Notes under the pieces: generated by a model
Database searches by the model: none
What the model was told of the DNA's origin: nothing
What the model saw: the letters and a program-made list of their open reading frames with translations, nothing else
Translations under genes and position numbers: made by a program
IMG/VR virus record: IMGVR_UViG_3300037249_001405
Coordinates: 96,001 to 160,000 of that record
Reading direction: 5' to 3' (one strand)
Source of the DNA: a virus
Taxonomy: Duplodnaviria; Caudoviricetes
DNA length: 64,000 nucleotides
Shown: piece after piece, positions 1-9,403 of the stretch
Layout: each line of letters opens with the position of its first letter
How positions within the stretch are numbered: the first letter of the stretch is position 1

Positions 1-121
1 AGCAATTAAATCTGTCTTTGAAGAAGGAGGACTGAATGCTTGGTTATTACTGATATTCTTTGGATTAGTAATAGGCCTTGCTGTTTGGTTTTTAATTTGG
101 CTCTTCTTTAAGAAAGATTAA
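1..121 (+). CDS. 3' end of a membrane protein (partial, runs off window)
   Basis: Frame 2 reads AIKSVFEEGGLNAWLLLIFFGLVIGLAVWFLIWLFFKKD*, a hydrophobic helix with a basic tail; TAA at 119-121. Confidence 0.6.
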   Translation, partial: AIKSVFEEGGLNAWLLLIFFGLVIGLAVWFLIWLFFKKD

Positions 122-130
122 AGATAAACA

Positions 131-283
131 AATACTTGATAGCCCGAGGAAGTCTGGGAATTCGGGGTAATAGAGCAGTCAAGTGGAATGACATAGTGAC
201 TAAATTGAAGTGCCAGTTTTTAGAATTGGATATACCAGATGATAGCGAAGGTCACTCGATTCTTGAATAAATTATCAAGTATT
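131..283 (+). ncRNA. Candidate structured ncRNA (~150 nt), family unknown
   Basis: Perfect 11-bp closing stem 131-141/273-283; internal stems CCCGA/TCGGG, AGTGACT/GGTCACT, CCAGTT/AATTGG; possible pseudoknot TCTGG(153-157)/CCAGA(235-239); T-run after the stem. Confidence 0.45.
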
Positions 284-322
284 AGTTTTTTAAATAAAAC
301 ACACTATAAAATTAAAATAATT

Positions 323-502
323 ATGGTATATACATCGGTATATCAAGCCTCTCAAAATCTAAACAATGTAATAAAAGATATTTTGAGCAGCGGTTACCCT
401 ATCTATCTCACTGTAAATGGGAATGAGGTAACTTTAAACAATAAAAATACAAAAATAGAGGTCGGAAGTGAAGAAGACCTTGAAATTAACATAAAAGAGT
501 AA
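323..502 (+). CDS. Small hypothetical protein (59 aa; start moved to MVYTSVY)
   Basis: ORF 239..502 overlaps the RNA candidate; ATG at 323 has the A-rich context typical of this genome. Confidence 0.55.
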   Translation: MVYTSVYQASQNLNNVIKDILSSGYPIYLTVNGNEVTLNNKNTKIEVGSEEDLEINIKE

Positions 503-515
503 AAAAAAATACAAT

Positions 516-1226
516 GACGTGCTGGTAAGGGAAAGATCTAAAAAATCCAACCCCAAATACGGCATCTTGAATTAACGGAATGTGGGTACGGCCTGGCGTA
601 GGCTCCTTTATAAAAGCTGTACACTAAGACCTGACGGGGTAACTAATAAATCAAATATATGTAGACTTATCTCTCACACCTAGTGCAGGGTAGCGTGAGA
701 ACTTATCTAGTCTCCGTGAGAATGTAAGTCCCAGCCCTACACTGGAGTGGAGCTGTTCTATAACCCGGGTTATAGGTGATATTACTAATCACGTAAGTTG
801 ATTTTTTATTATTTCGGAGATCTCAATAAATTTATGACTAAATATAATCTCGAAAGGGTTTCCAACAATCTCAAAAAAGATTGTAAGTGAATAAAAGGCG
901 ATGTCGGTTGTAATTAATCATGCCGAGATACCCCATTTTGAATCCAGGAGAATAAGAGATTGTATTGTATTGATCATAATAAGTTCAGTAGAGTCTATAA
1001 AGCTCGAGATTACTTGCTGATTATTGAGATTCGTGTCTATTTCGCTTACTCGTGTAGTTAGTGAAAGTCACTTATTCAGTAAAAGTGTCGGGTGGCTATC
1101 ACGGTAAATAACAGGTCCTAAATGGAATGTCTGATACCGATAAAAAATAAAGGAAAGTTATTTGCGCGATTACCCCTTTATTTGGTAGTCCCTGTATTTG
1201 GTGCTAATAACACATATCAGCATGTC
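516..1226 (+). ncRNA. Large ornate ncRNA candidate (711 nt, ROOL/GOLLD size class) upstream of tRNA-Arg
   Basis: No ORF >=60 aa; 12-bp 5'/3' closing helix 516-527/1215-1226; nested long-range helices 553-562/1192-1201, 636-642/1170-1176, 820-829/1021-1030, 845-853/1004-1012. Confidence 0.7.
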
Positions 1227-1244
1227 TGCGTATTTATTATAAAA

Positions 1245-1318
1245 GGTCCCTTAGCTCAGCTGGATAGAGCAACAGCCTTCTAAGCTGTGGGTCGAAGGTT
1301 CGAATCCTTCAGGGATCA
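1245..1318 (+). tRNA. tRNA-Arg(TCT)
   Basis: Acceptor GGTCCCT/AGGGATC, anticodon arm ACAGC-CTTCTAA-GCTGT, T-loop GGTTCGAATCC; CCA not encoded. Confidence 0.97.
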
Positions 1319-1337
1319 CTAGGATTGTCATTTTTTG

Positions 1338-1382
1338 CTAGAAGCATGAATCATTTTTGTCATGCTTCTAGTTTTTATTTTT
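1338..1382 (+). terminator. Intrinsic terminator after tRNA-Arg
   Basis: CTAGAAGCATGA/TCATGCTTCTAG 12-bp stem followed by T-tract. Confidence 0.75.
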
Positions 1383-1398
1383 ACACACAATTAATATT

Positions 1399-3225
1399 AT
1401 GGAAAATAATCAAAATCAATTAAATCTATTTCAAAAGTTATTCGGTATTTTTATGTCTGGTGTTAATAGCCGTATACCAATTAGAAGTAATATTTATAAT
1501 AGAAAAGGTTATTCAGCTATTGGCTCTACCGGTAATAAATTATTTGAGGTAGATAGAAAGTCACCGTTATTAGGTAATGCTAATGCATCTAATTTAATTT
1601 CGGGTTATTATGAAAGGGTACTTGAATTGAAGGGTTATCAATTGCTTGATATAACGAAGTTAGCTACAAACTTCTTTTCTGATTATATCGTGAACTTTTT
1701 ATCTGATGAAGGTGGTGGTAGTCAGATTGTTTCTATTATGAACGAAGATGGTACTAATAACCAGCAAGTAACTGATCGTATCAATCAAATTTTAACAAAA
1801 GATATTAAAATATTTGATTATATTAGAAATCATATACAGGATTTTGTATTCTATGGCCAATACTATTCTATGCTTGTTTCAAGTAGAGATGAGACCGGAC
1901 ACACAAAGTTTAGAATAGAAGAGTTGGTTGACCCTGTATCTGTTATTCAGAAGAAAAAAAGAAAAACGGATGGAAGTGGTGAGATGGAAGAGTTATATTT
2001 AGCTAAGGGTGAAGGTGGTATTATTGTAGAAATACCTAAGAAAGAAATCATATATTTAGCTAACCATGATCTTCGACTCTTGAATGACCTCGCAGACAAA
2101 GTGGAGTATAATAGTGGTCTTAGAGCGAGAAAAGATAAGAATGATCCACTGACTAGCTTCTTGAAACCGGAGTCTAGTAACGGTAAACCTAAACACTATA
2201 CTCCTAATTTTCAAGACAATAAGAAGATTATTTTAAAGGATGGAGTATCAGTAATAGATCCAAAAGAAGGTAAAGCCAATAGAGACAGAGTACTCATCAA
2301 AGAATCCTATACTACATCAGAGCCACTATTCTACTCTTTACTATTGAAGGTAAAGGAGTTAGTTATTAAGGAGTTGCTAGTATCGTTGATTTCTTTACGT
2401 GATTTGTCTAGTGTTCAGATATTCTTGTTACAATTTGATAAGAATATTCCTCTAGAAGCTGCAACTGAACTCTGTAAAAGGGCAGCTAAATTGACTAATA
2501 ATACAAATGATTTAGCTAGTTTCTTGACATCTCAGTTTGATGTTATATCATTTATTGAGAATACTTTAACTCAAGGTACTAAATTTGTACCTGATTACGG
2601 CGGATCTTTATCTGCAAAAAACCCTATGCTTCCGCTTGATAAGTTAAGTGACAAGTATATAGAAATTATGCAAACATTGGATCAATGTAGGGCAGCTATA
2701 TTAGGTCCACTAGGTTTGCCTGTTACGTTAACAGATTCTACATCTGGCTCAAAATGGCAAGTATTGCAGCAATCTGAACGTGCTAATTCAAGAGTTGCTA
2801 GTTTCTTAGATGGTATAAAGAGTTCTGTTACTGATTTAATATGTAATCTTTATGAAATCATTTACTCAGATAAATTAGATCCTAGTTTAGTTAAGTTACA
2901 TATTAGTGAAAAGACTTCAGTTGAATATAACAACCAGATTAACCAATCAGAATCTATTAACGGTCTTCTTCAGAGCATTAATAATATCCTTCAGGGAGCA
3001 TTACAAATGCTTGATATGGGAGCTCCTTATCTTGATCCAAAGAATTATCTGACTTACATTCAGAATTTGATTAGAGATATTGACCCGAATACGGAGAGTA
3101 TAATTAATGAAAAATCTATTGAACTATACTTGCAAGTGGTTAATGCTAAACTTGCTCAACAGTTTGAACAGTATGGACTAGATCCTTCAATACTTCAACA
3201 AGACGATAATCAACAACAGCAATAA
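1399..3225 (+). CDS. Putative portal protein, divergent T4 gp20-like
   Basis: 608 aa. Motifs in portal order: QDFVFYGQYY (cf. WYVDG), IFLLQFDKNIPLEAATELCK (cf. IFYIDVGNLPK.KAE.Y), RAAILGPLGLP (cf. LY.AL.VP), then helical C-terminus. Confidence 0.55.
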   Translation: MENNQNQLNLFQKLFGIFMSGVNSRIPIRSNIYNRKGYSAIGSTGNKLFEVDRKSPLLGNANASNLISGYYERVLELKGYQLLDITKLATNFFSDYIVNFLSDEGGGSQIVSIMNEDGTNNQQVTDRINQILTKDIKIFDYIRNHIQDFVFYGQYYSMLVSSRDETGHTKFRIEELVDPVSVIQKKKRKTDGSGEMEELYLAKGEGGIIVEIPKKEIIYLANHDLRLLNDLADKVEYNSGLRARKDKNDPLTSFLKPESSNGKPKHYTPNFQDNKKIILKDGVSVIDPKEGKANRDRVLIKESYTTSEPLFYSLLLKVKELVIKELLVSLISLRDLSSVQIFLLQFDKNIPLEAATELCKRAAKLTNNTNDLASFLTSQFDVISFIENTLTQGTKFVPDYGGSLSAKNPMLPLDKLSDKYIEIMQTLDQCRAAILGPLGLPVTLTDSTSGSKWQVLQQSERANSRVASFLDGIKSSVTDLICNLYEIIYSDKLDPSLVKLHISEKTSVEYNNQINQSESINGLLQSINNILQGALQMLDMGAPYLDPKNYLTYIQNLIRDIDPNTESIINEKSIELYLQVVNAKLAQQFEQYGLDPSILQQDDNQQQQ

Positions 3226-3226
3226 A

Positions 3227-3266
3227 AAAAGAATTAGATAAGATTTAAATCTTATCTAATTCTTTT
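3227..3266. terminator. Bidirectional terminator / perfect 40-bp palindrome between convergent genes
   Basis: AAAAGAATTAGATAAGATTT|AAATCTTATCTAATTCTTTT. Confidence 0.75.
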
Positions 3267-3271
3267 AATTT

Positions 3272-5596
3272 TTATTTCTCAAAATCAAATCCGTATAATT
3301 CGTTTTCTTTTATATCGAATTTGTCAATCCAATCTAACTCTGTTTCTTTAAATACGCCATTAGTTTTGTATCCTTTATAAAGAACGGATGCTGTCCAATT
3401 GAAGATTACGTCATAAACTTCATTAACATCATCTTGATTCTTAAAGAATTCTTCTGCGAAAGCGGTAGGTAATGTGTTTATAACAATACCCCTTAATTCG
3501 TATTTATCGGCTATCTTTTCTAGTGTCTGATTTAATTTGCTTATTACGTTGAAGAAGCTTTGTGTATCAGATTGAACCATATCCGTTAATACTTTTGCAT
3601 AATCTGAATTAAAGCAACCAGATGTGTAGTTCAGACTTTCGTAACACATATTCACGATGTAATCAAACGATATGTTAGACAAATCACCAAAGATTAAATT
3701 TAGAAACTGTAGTGTTTGTGTAGTGTAATTATAAAAATCCGTGCTTTGACTTATTTTTGATTGTTTAAACTTAGTTGTGGGTGAAGGCGGATTTTTTGTT
3801 AGATTATCTAATATAGCTTTTAGGTCTTTTATATTAGATATTCCTGAAATCTGATATTGAGAAGTTGCTGAATTAAGCCTCTCCGTTACAGCGAGAGTTC
3901 TGAAGAATATCATACTTGTTGCTATGTGAATAGTATTCTTTAAAGAATTTAAAATAGCTTTCTTTATATCTGGGTTTTTATTATAAACCTCAGGTGTAAC
4001 CCAAGCTAATAATGGTAAACCATAGCTACAAAATGGCTTTAATCTTCTATTTATATTAATAGTGCTATCTTCAGATATTTTAAATTCTTGTCCGTTATTG
4101 CGAAATTCTTCAATAGTTTTTTCAGTAATTTTATTAAAGAAATCATCGATTACAAAATCACTTCCATCAAATAATTCACCTAAATCAATCAATGGAAGTT
4201 GAGGTTCCATTTCTGAATTGAGAATAGTTATAAGTGATGATGAATGTATTGAGTAATGACCGCTCTCATCCAAATCTTTTTGATAGAAATAATTAGGATG
4301 AAGGGTGTTTTGACATTTCTTATTAATTACATCAATTAATTCTGGTATAAACGTATCGGTTACGTAATTAACAAACTTGTCTTTTGTATTTAACTTATCT
4401 TCTTCTATTGCGTAAATTCCAGAATTATTATTGTCAAATTTAGCTAATTGACCTAAATTATAAAATATATGAACGGCTGTTTTTTTAGATAAACCACAAC
4501 CAGATCCTCCAGAAGCAATCGTTCTAGATTTTCTATTAGTCATTGATTCTGGTAATCTATAAAGAATAGAAGTACCTAATGCACAACTATTTTTATCCCC
4601 GTATTTGTAGCCACTCTTTTCATCAAAAACAAAATCAGGTTTATCCTTAACAATTACTTTTCCTAGATAAACAGCTTGAGCTTCAGCATTAAAGCCTTTT
4701 GGATCTTTAACGTAAGAACCGGTTATTTTTGATGGTATGGTATATATATGACCTATAACTAAATCATCTAGGTTTGTTATAAAATTACTTCTATCTAATA
4801 TTCTTTCACTCTTTTTTAGTATTCTACTAAAGTCAGAAATTTTAGACAATCTTTTAAATTCAGATTCACTAATGACACTATAGTAATAATCTTTCAGATT
4901 AAAAAGAGTTAATTGAGTTTCTCTATATCTATCATGAACGTATACAGCAGATGCTGAGACGTTAGACTTTTTATAGAATCTAAAACTTTCTGTGCATTTT
5001 CCACCTGAAATTAACGACGTATTATAAATTACATCATTAATATTACAAGAGCTAAATATTACAGCGGATTTTCTCTTTATTCCATTAGATATTGTTGTAT
5101 CTAAATCTTTTAGATCATTACAATCAATTTCTAGTAATAAAGCCTCTTCCATCCACGTCTCATATAAATATTCTTTATTAAAATTCGGAATATTTAATTT
5201 AATATTTTCATTTTTAATTTCTTTTACTGTTAGCAAATCTGGTAAATTAGAATTCTTTTTAAGAAATTCTTTTCCATTAATACTAACGTAAGTCACACCA
5301 CAGCCTCTAAGAAGAATTGAAATAATTTTTTCTATATTCTTACTTAAGTTAGAGTACTGTACTTCATCCATTATTAATCCGGGAGTATAATAAATATTAT
5401 CTCTATCATTAGATGGATGAGTCAGGGAAAAACCTGAAAAAATATTCTTTTTATTGGAAACCCCGTTTTTGTTATCACACATGATTTCTATAACTTTATC
5501 AAACCAAAGATCTGATATAGTTACGTAATATAATTTACTGGGGAACATGTCAAATTCCCCAGTAATCGTATTTGTTAACTTAGAAATTCTGCGCAT
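3272..5596 (-). CDS. Large hypothetical protein (774 aa)
   Basis: Long ORF; shares a GHIY...YLG motif with its neighbour. Confidence 0.85.
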   Translation of the reverse strand: MRRISKLTNTITGEFDMFPSKLYYVTISDLWFDKVIEIMCDNKNGVSNKKNIFSGFSLTHPSNDRDNIYYTPGLIMDEVQYSNLSKNIEKIISILLRGCGVTYVSINGKEFLKKNSNLPDLLTVKEIKNENIKLNIPNFNKEYLYETWMEEALLLEIDCNDLKDLDTTISNGIKRKSAVIFSSCNINDVIYNTSLISGGKCTESFRFYKKSNVSASAVYVHDRYRETQLTLFNLKDYYYSVISESEFKRLSKISDFSRILKKSERILDRSNFITNLDDLVIGHIYTIPSKITGSYVKDPKGFNAEAQAVYLGKVIVKDKPDFVFDEKSGYKYGDKNSCALGTSILYRLPESMTNRKSRTIASGGSGCGLSKKTAVHIFYNLGQLAKFDNNNSGIYAIEEDKLNTKDKFVNYVTDTFIPELIDVINKKCQNTLHPNYFYQKDLDESGHYSIHSSSLITILNSEMEPQLPLIDLGELFDGSDFVIDDFFNKITEKTIEEFRNNGQEFKISEDSTININRRLKPFCSYGLPLLAWVTPEVYNKNPDIKKAILNSLKNTIHIATSMIFFRTLAVTERLNSATSQYQISGISNIKDLKAILDNLTKNPPSPTTKFKQSKISQSTDFYNYTTQTLQFLNLIFGDLSNISFDYIVNMCYESLNYTSGCFNSDYAKVLTDMVQSDTQSFFNVISKLNQTLEKIADKYELRGIVINTLPTAFAEEFFKNQDDVNEVYDVIFNWTASVLYKGYKTNGVFKETELDWIDKFDIKENELYGFDFEK

Positions 5597-7551
5597 TTTT
5601 TAAAATCAGATTCAGTTATTTTATATTTTTTAATGGTATCAAAAATACCATTATTTCTATATACTATATCGTCTTTCTGTGCTCCCTTACTTAGTTCATC
5701 GATGATGAGTCCTTTAAGGGTTTTCTTGCATGAGTAAATGTCTGAATTACCAGGCATTGTTGCCCAGAATATTTGAAGAGAGTCATTTAACCTTTTAAGT
5801 AATCCATCTTTAATTGATGTATACTCAGGTGCAAATACATTCTTATTAAATCTAGTTGTGTATTTACTGTTAACGATATAGTTAGAACAATCTATACAGT
5901 AAAGATATAGAACTTTTAATATTAAATCCGTTAAATTAGATTTGAGGTTATCAAAAGTAATTGGATCTAATTGATTTAATTCTTCTTCGCTGAAAAGATT
6001 ATAAGAATCAAGATTAACTACTCCAGATCCGCAATATCCGTAAATTGGACTTCCATCAGGTGCTGCTACGTATTGATTAAGTCTCTTAAAAGTAATTTCT
6101 CTATCCTTACCCTCAACTTTGAGCATAATATTTTTCATAAATTTCTTTACAGGAGACTCTATTTTAACATATTCACCTAAATCAGTTATTTCAGTATAAA
6201 TGTGATATCCAGTAGGTTTAGCTTTATCAGTTACAGTTTTCTTGAATCTTTCACTCTGATCCAATTGTAAATCGAATGAATGATTCTTCTTATCACTAGT
6301 TAATTCAGTTGCTGGTAGAACTATATACCTTGCATATGCATTACTATTACCTTTAATAGTTGAAAAAACTTCCGCTAAATGATCTGCGTATTCTTCTTCA
6401 GTCACTGAGCCACCAGACTCAACAATTGATTTTAATAGTAAATTATCATCTGGAATATAACTTCTGTTTACCAGTGAGAAAACATCTACTGGACAATTAA
6501 CACACATGCATGCCGACATACCGGGTCTGTATGTTGAAACCCCACCCAATCTTGCTGATAAAGTTTTATCTTTAGTCCATTCGTTTATTTCAGGCATATC
6601 GTAAATATCAGTAAATAAACCGCTTCTCATTAAACTATAATGTGTTGTTAGAGTATATCTTCCTAAGTCTATTCTACCAAGATATAATAGATCATTAAAA
6701 CCCATTCCATAGTAATAACTAGTACCTCTGAGCAATGAATAAGAAGACTTTTCCTGAAATCTATATATGTGTCCAGGTTTGTACTCTTCACCAGCTAAGA
6801 CCTTATTAGAACTATTTTTCCCAAGCTTTACAGCTAGTCTAAGCGTTGTATCCTTCTCTGATTGGAAATAGCTTTCAGGAATAAATTCTACTCTAGAACT
6901 AATATACAGCGAGGGACTACCAACATTACTCACCGTAGGAGATATTATTCTCACTGATTCTGAACTTTGTCCATATATTAATGGCTTTTTGAATGTACTC
7001 AAAAAACAGTTAAGAAAATTCATCTTTACAAGAGTCACTATATAAACGTTAGGATAATCTTGTAAATCATATTCACATTTCGCAAATATTTTATCCCTAA
7101 GTTCAGGGTGCGATAGCTGAACAATGTAATAATCTTCACTAGAACATGAAGACCCACCAGAGTCTGGAGAATCACAGCCAGTACTATAAACATCCTGTCT
7201 AGTTAGTATTTCTTCTATACGCCAACCCTCATTTTTTAGGTCAATAGTTTGTAGATTATTACAGCTAGACCTAACTAATTGCACTATTAAATTATTACTA
7301 CTTGTAGTCTTTTTCTTTACTAGTTCAAAAAATGATTTATCAACAGGATTAATATAAATACAAATCATATCATCCTTTTTAATAAATACATTATCGCTAT
7401 TTCTTAACGACAAACTAGTTTTTTCCAAGAAAGCACTCATCTCTCTCTTCCTATCAGATATGTAATCTTCTAGGACTTTTTTAGTCGCTGGAACAGAAAC
7501 TGTTACAGTTTCTGGTATAAATGATGTTCCACTTGTAAGTTCTGATATCAT
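5575..7551 (-). CDS. Large hypothetical protein (start likely MISELTSG)
   Basis: Long ORF; the track's TTG start lies inside the promoter motif at 7587-7605, so ATG 7551 is preferred. Confidence 0.8.
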   Translation of the reverse strand: MISELTSGTSFIPETVTVSVPATKKVLEDYISDRKREMSAFLEKTSLSLRNSDNVFIKKDDMICIYINPVDKSFFELVKKKTTSSNNLIVQLVRSSCNNLQTIDLKNEGWRIEEILTRQDVYSTGCDSPDSGGSSCSSEDYYIVQLSHPELRDKIFAKCEYDLQDYPNVYIVTLVKMNFLNCFLSTFKKPLIYGQSSESVRIISPTVSNVGSPSLYISSRVEFIPESYFQSEKDTTLRLAVKLGKNSSNKVLAGEEYKPGHIYRFQEKSSYSLLRGTSYYYGMGFNDLLYLGRIDLGRYTLTTHYSLMRSGLFTDIYDMPEINEWTKDKTLSARLGGVSTYRPGMSACMCVNCPVDVFSLVNRSYIPDDNLLLKSIVESGGSVTEEEYADHLAEVFSTIKGNSNAYARYIVLPATELTSDKKNHSFDLQLDQSERFKKTVTDKAKPTGYHIYTEITDLGEYVKIESPVKKFMKNIMLKVEGKDREITFKRLNQYVAAPDGSPIYGYCGSGVVNLDSYNLFSEEELNQLDPITFDNLKSNLTDLILKVLYLYCIDCSNYIVNSKYTTRFNKNVFAPEYTSIKDGLLKRLNDSLQIFWATMPGNSDIYSCKKTLKGLIIDELSKGAQKDDIVYRNNGIFDTIKKYKITESDFKKCAEFLS

Positions 7552-7586
7552 ACTTATATAATTTATCTTTGCTAAAACGTTATTTA

Positions 7587-7605
7587 TCAACTGTAAGAAT
7601 TTCAA
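7587..7605 (-). promoter_or_regulatory. Putative phage promoter (CTWR-N5-G)
   Basis: TTGAAATT-CTTA-CAGTT-G. Confidence 0.5.
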
Positions 7606-7647
7606 GCTCTAATTAATAACAAACTAAATATTTAAATACTTGATAAT

Positions 7648-7968
7648 ATGGCTGTTATGACAAAAAAAGAATTAAGAGAGGATATTAAAACCTTTCTTAA
7701 ATTATTAGGGAAGAGAATAGCGGTAATTTTTAATACAGCATTCTTGTTTTACATTATGACGGATATATTTAATATTATATCCACAAGAGGTAATCTTAGT
7801 TTCCAGGATTTCTTTACAAATCCGGAGAAAGGAAAGTATTGGCTATTAACGATTATTTTTAGTGTACTTTCCGGTTATTTTCATCCAGAGAGATTCAAAT
7901 CAATTGATTGGTTTTGGATTATTATATTCTGGATTTTAACATTAACCGGATTCTGCATTGTTTATTAA
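7648..7968 (+). CDS. Small membrane protein (3 predicted TM helices)
   Basis: 106 aa with three hydrophobic stretches. Confidence 0.75.
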   Translation: MAVMTKKELREDIKTFLKLLGKRIAVIFNTAFLFYIMTDIFNIISTRGNLSFQDFFTNPEKGKYWLLTIIFSVLSGYFHPERFKSIDWFWIIIFWILTLTGFCIVY

Positions 7969-7984
7969 AGAGTATAAAAAGCCG

Positions 7985-8056
7985 TTAAATCCTTAATTAA
8001 GAGAAGATATAAACAGAATAAGTTTATATCTTCTTTTTATTTTTCAAAATATTAAT
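7985..8056 (+). promoter_or_regulatory. Promoter-hairpin-U-box leader cassette, copy 1
   Basis: CTTA-ATTAA-G; stem GAGAAGATATAAAC/GTTTATATCTTCTT; TTTATTTTTCAAAATATTAAT. Confidence 0.75.
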
Positions 8057-8082
8057 AACTTTTAATTTAATCTATATTTATT

Positions 8083-9066
8083 ATGGCATATCTCAACCAT
8101 ATGCTTGCCGTATTCCCGGAGGAAATAGCCAAGCAAAATAAGTCAAGGAACTTTAGTAAGCTTCCCAGACAAATTAGTCTATTCAAAATGGTCAAAGTTA
8201 TGACCAATGGACAGACTGGTAGTTACTCAAAAATGAGTAAATACCAAAGGAACGCTTTTAAATCGTTCCTCACGAGAATGAGAGAAGCATTTGGATCAGA
8301 CGTTAAGTTTGATGGTAAACGCTATTTTCTCTTTTCAAGAGAAATCACAGCTGATGAATGGATTAAAGCCACAAAGGCTGATGTACCATTCTATGGTCGT
8401 GGTTCAAGGAATTATGGAGAGCCAGCTCTTCGTGATTCTATTAATAGAATTCTCGACTATGTAATCGAGAATGACGAGAGTGTAATAACTATTGATCAAC
8501 TCAATCTTATTACACTTGGAACAAACTGTGCTTCACTCATAAATGATCATGGAATGAAGTATGGTAAAGAAAGCTTTCAAACTTTCCAAGTTTTGTTTGA
8601 CAAACTCGGTTTGAAAGCTACTGTAAAAGAAACAAAACCCATTTTTGCAGAATCTCTGGTAGAAGAAATGCCGGAGTATTACAAAAGGGATTGGTCTTCC
8701 TTTACATCGACTCAGTTGATCCTTGAGTACAAGGACATTGAGCAAGTAAAGAAAGCGAAGGAAAACCTCAAAGGAATGAAAATTCTCGGAGGTTATTTTC
8801 GCAAGAAAATTGTAATGTCAGCCGAAGACGGCAAGAACATTACAATTGACGTAACTGCTAAAATGGTAAGGGAGGCTACAGATAAAGCTGAACTTATCTG
8901 TCACGATGTGGATGCAGTTAAGCAGGTTTTGATAGAGAATATGATCTACCAAAATACATTCAAACTTGCTGAACAAGTAAAAGATAAGCTTGAGAAGAAA
9001 ATCAAGCAGTTCGAAAAGCAGCAAGAAGAACTCGAAAAATATATTACAGCCGTTACTAATTCATAA
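8083..9066 (+). CDS. Hypothetical protein with C-terminal coiled coil
   Basis: 327-aa ORF behind leader cassette. Confidence 0.85.
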   Translation: MAYLNHMLAVFPEEIAKQNKSRNFSKLPRQISLFKMVKVMTNGQTGSYSKMSKYQRNAFKSFLTRMREAFGSDVKFDGKRYFLFSREITADEWIKATKADVPFYGRGSRNYGEPALRDSINRILDYVIENDESVITIDQLNLITLGTNCASLINDHGMKYGKESFQTFQVLFDKLGLKATVKETKPIFAESLVEEMPEYYKRDWSSFTSTQLILEYKDIEQVKKAKENLKGMKILGGYFRKKIVMSAEDGKNITIDVTAKMVREATDKAELICHDVDAVKQVLIENMIYQNTFKLAEQVKDKLEKKIKQFEKQQEELEKYITAVTNS

Positions 9067-9083
9067 CGGCTGTAATTCAAAAT

Positions 9084-9130
9084 AAAAAAAAAAAGAAAGA
9101 CGAAATTTTATAATCGTCTTTCTTTTTTTT
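9084..9130. terminator. Bidirectional terminator
   Basis: A-tract, AAGAAAGACGA/TCGTCTTTCTT stem, T-tract; between convergent genes. Confidence 0.75.
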
Positions 9131-9142
9131 ATTCATTATAAA

Positions 9143-9403
9143 CTACTTCTTTTTCTTTTTTGGAATAGGAGTAGTTCTTTTTTGTGTTGTATTAATTCTA
9201 CGAACAATACGTCCTTGTGATAAATCATATGCGGAGATTGATACTTCAACTTTATCACCTACCGTTACATTTATCTTGGCATTAGTCATTCTACCAGATA
9301 CTGTACAGGTGCATTCATGTCCGTTTGCTAATTGAACCTGAAATTTACCGTAACCATGTGTAGCAACAACCTCACCCTCTTTTATTATCTCGGTATTTTT
9401 CAT
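9143..9403 (-). CDS. infA: Translation initiation factor IF-1 homolog
   Basis: EGEV...F.V.L.NGH...SGRM...I.V.GDKV.V.IS.YDLSQGRI matches the IF-1 OB fold; extra Lys-rich C-tail. Confidence 0.9.
   Translation of the reverse strand: MKNTEIIKEGEVVATHGYGKFQVQLANGHECTCTVSGRMTNAKINVTVGDKVEVSISAYDLSQGRIVRRINTTQKRTTPIPKKKKK

Noticed and set aside
143-245. RNase P RNA (GAGGAAGTCTGG resembles GAGGAAAGUCC)
   Set aside because: The 3' P4 strand does not match (CCAGATG instead of CCGGCUU-like) and the element is far too short
234-256. Hammerhead ribozyme core
   Set aside because: CAGATGA...GAAG deviates from the invariant CUGAnGA...GAAA
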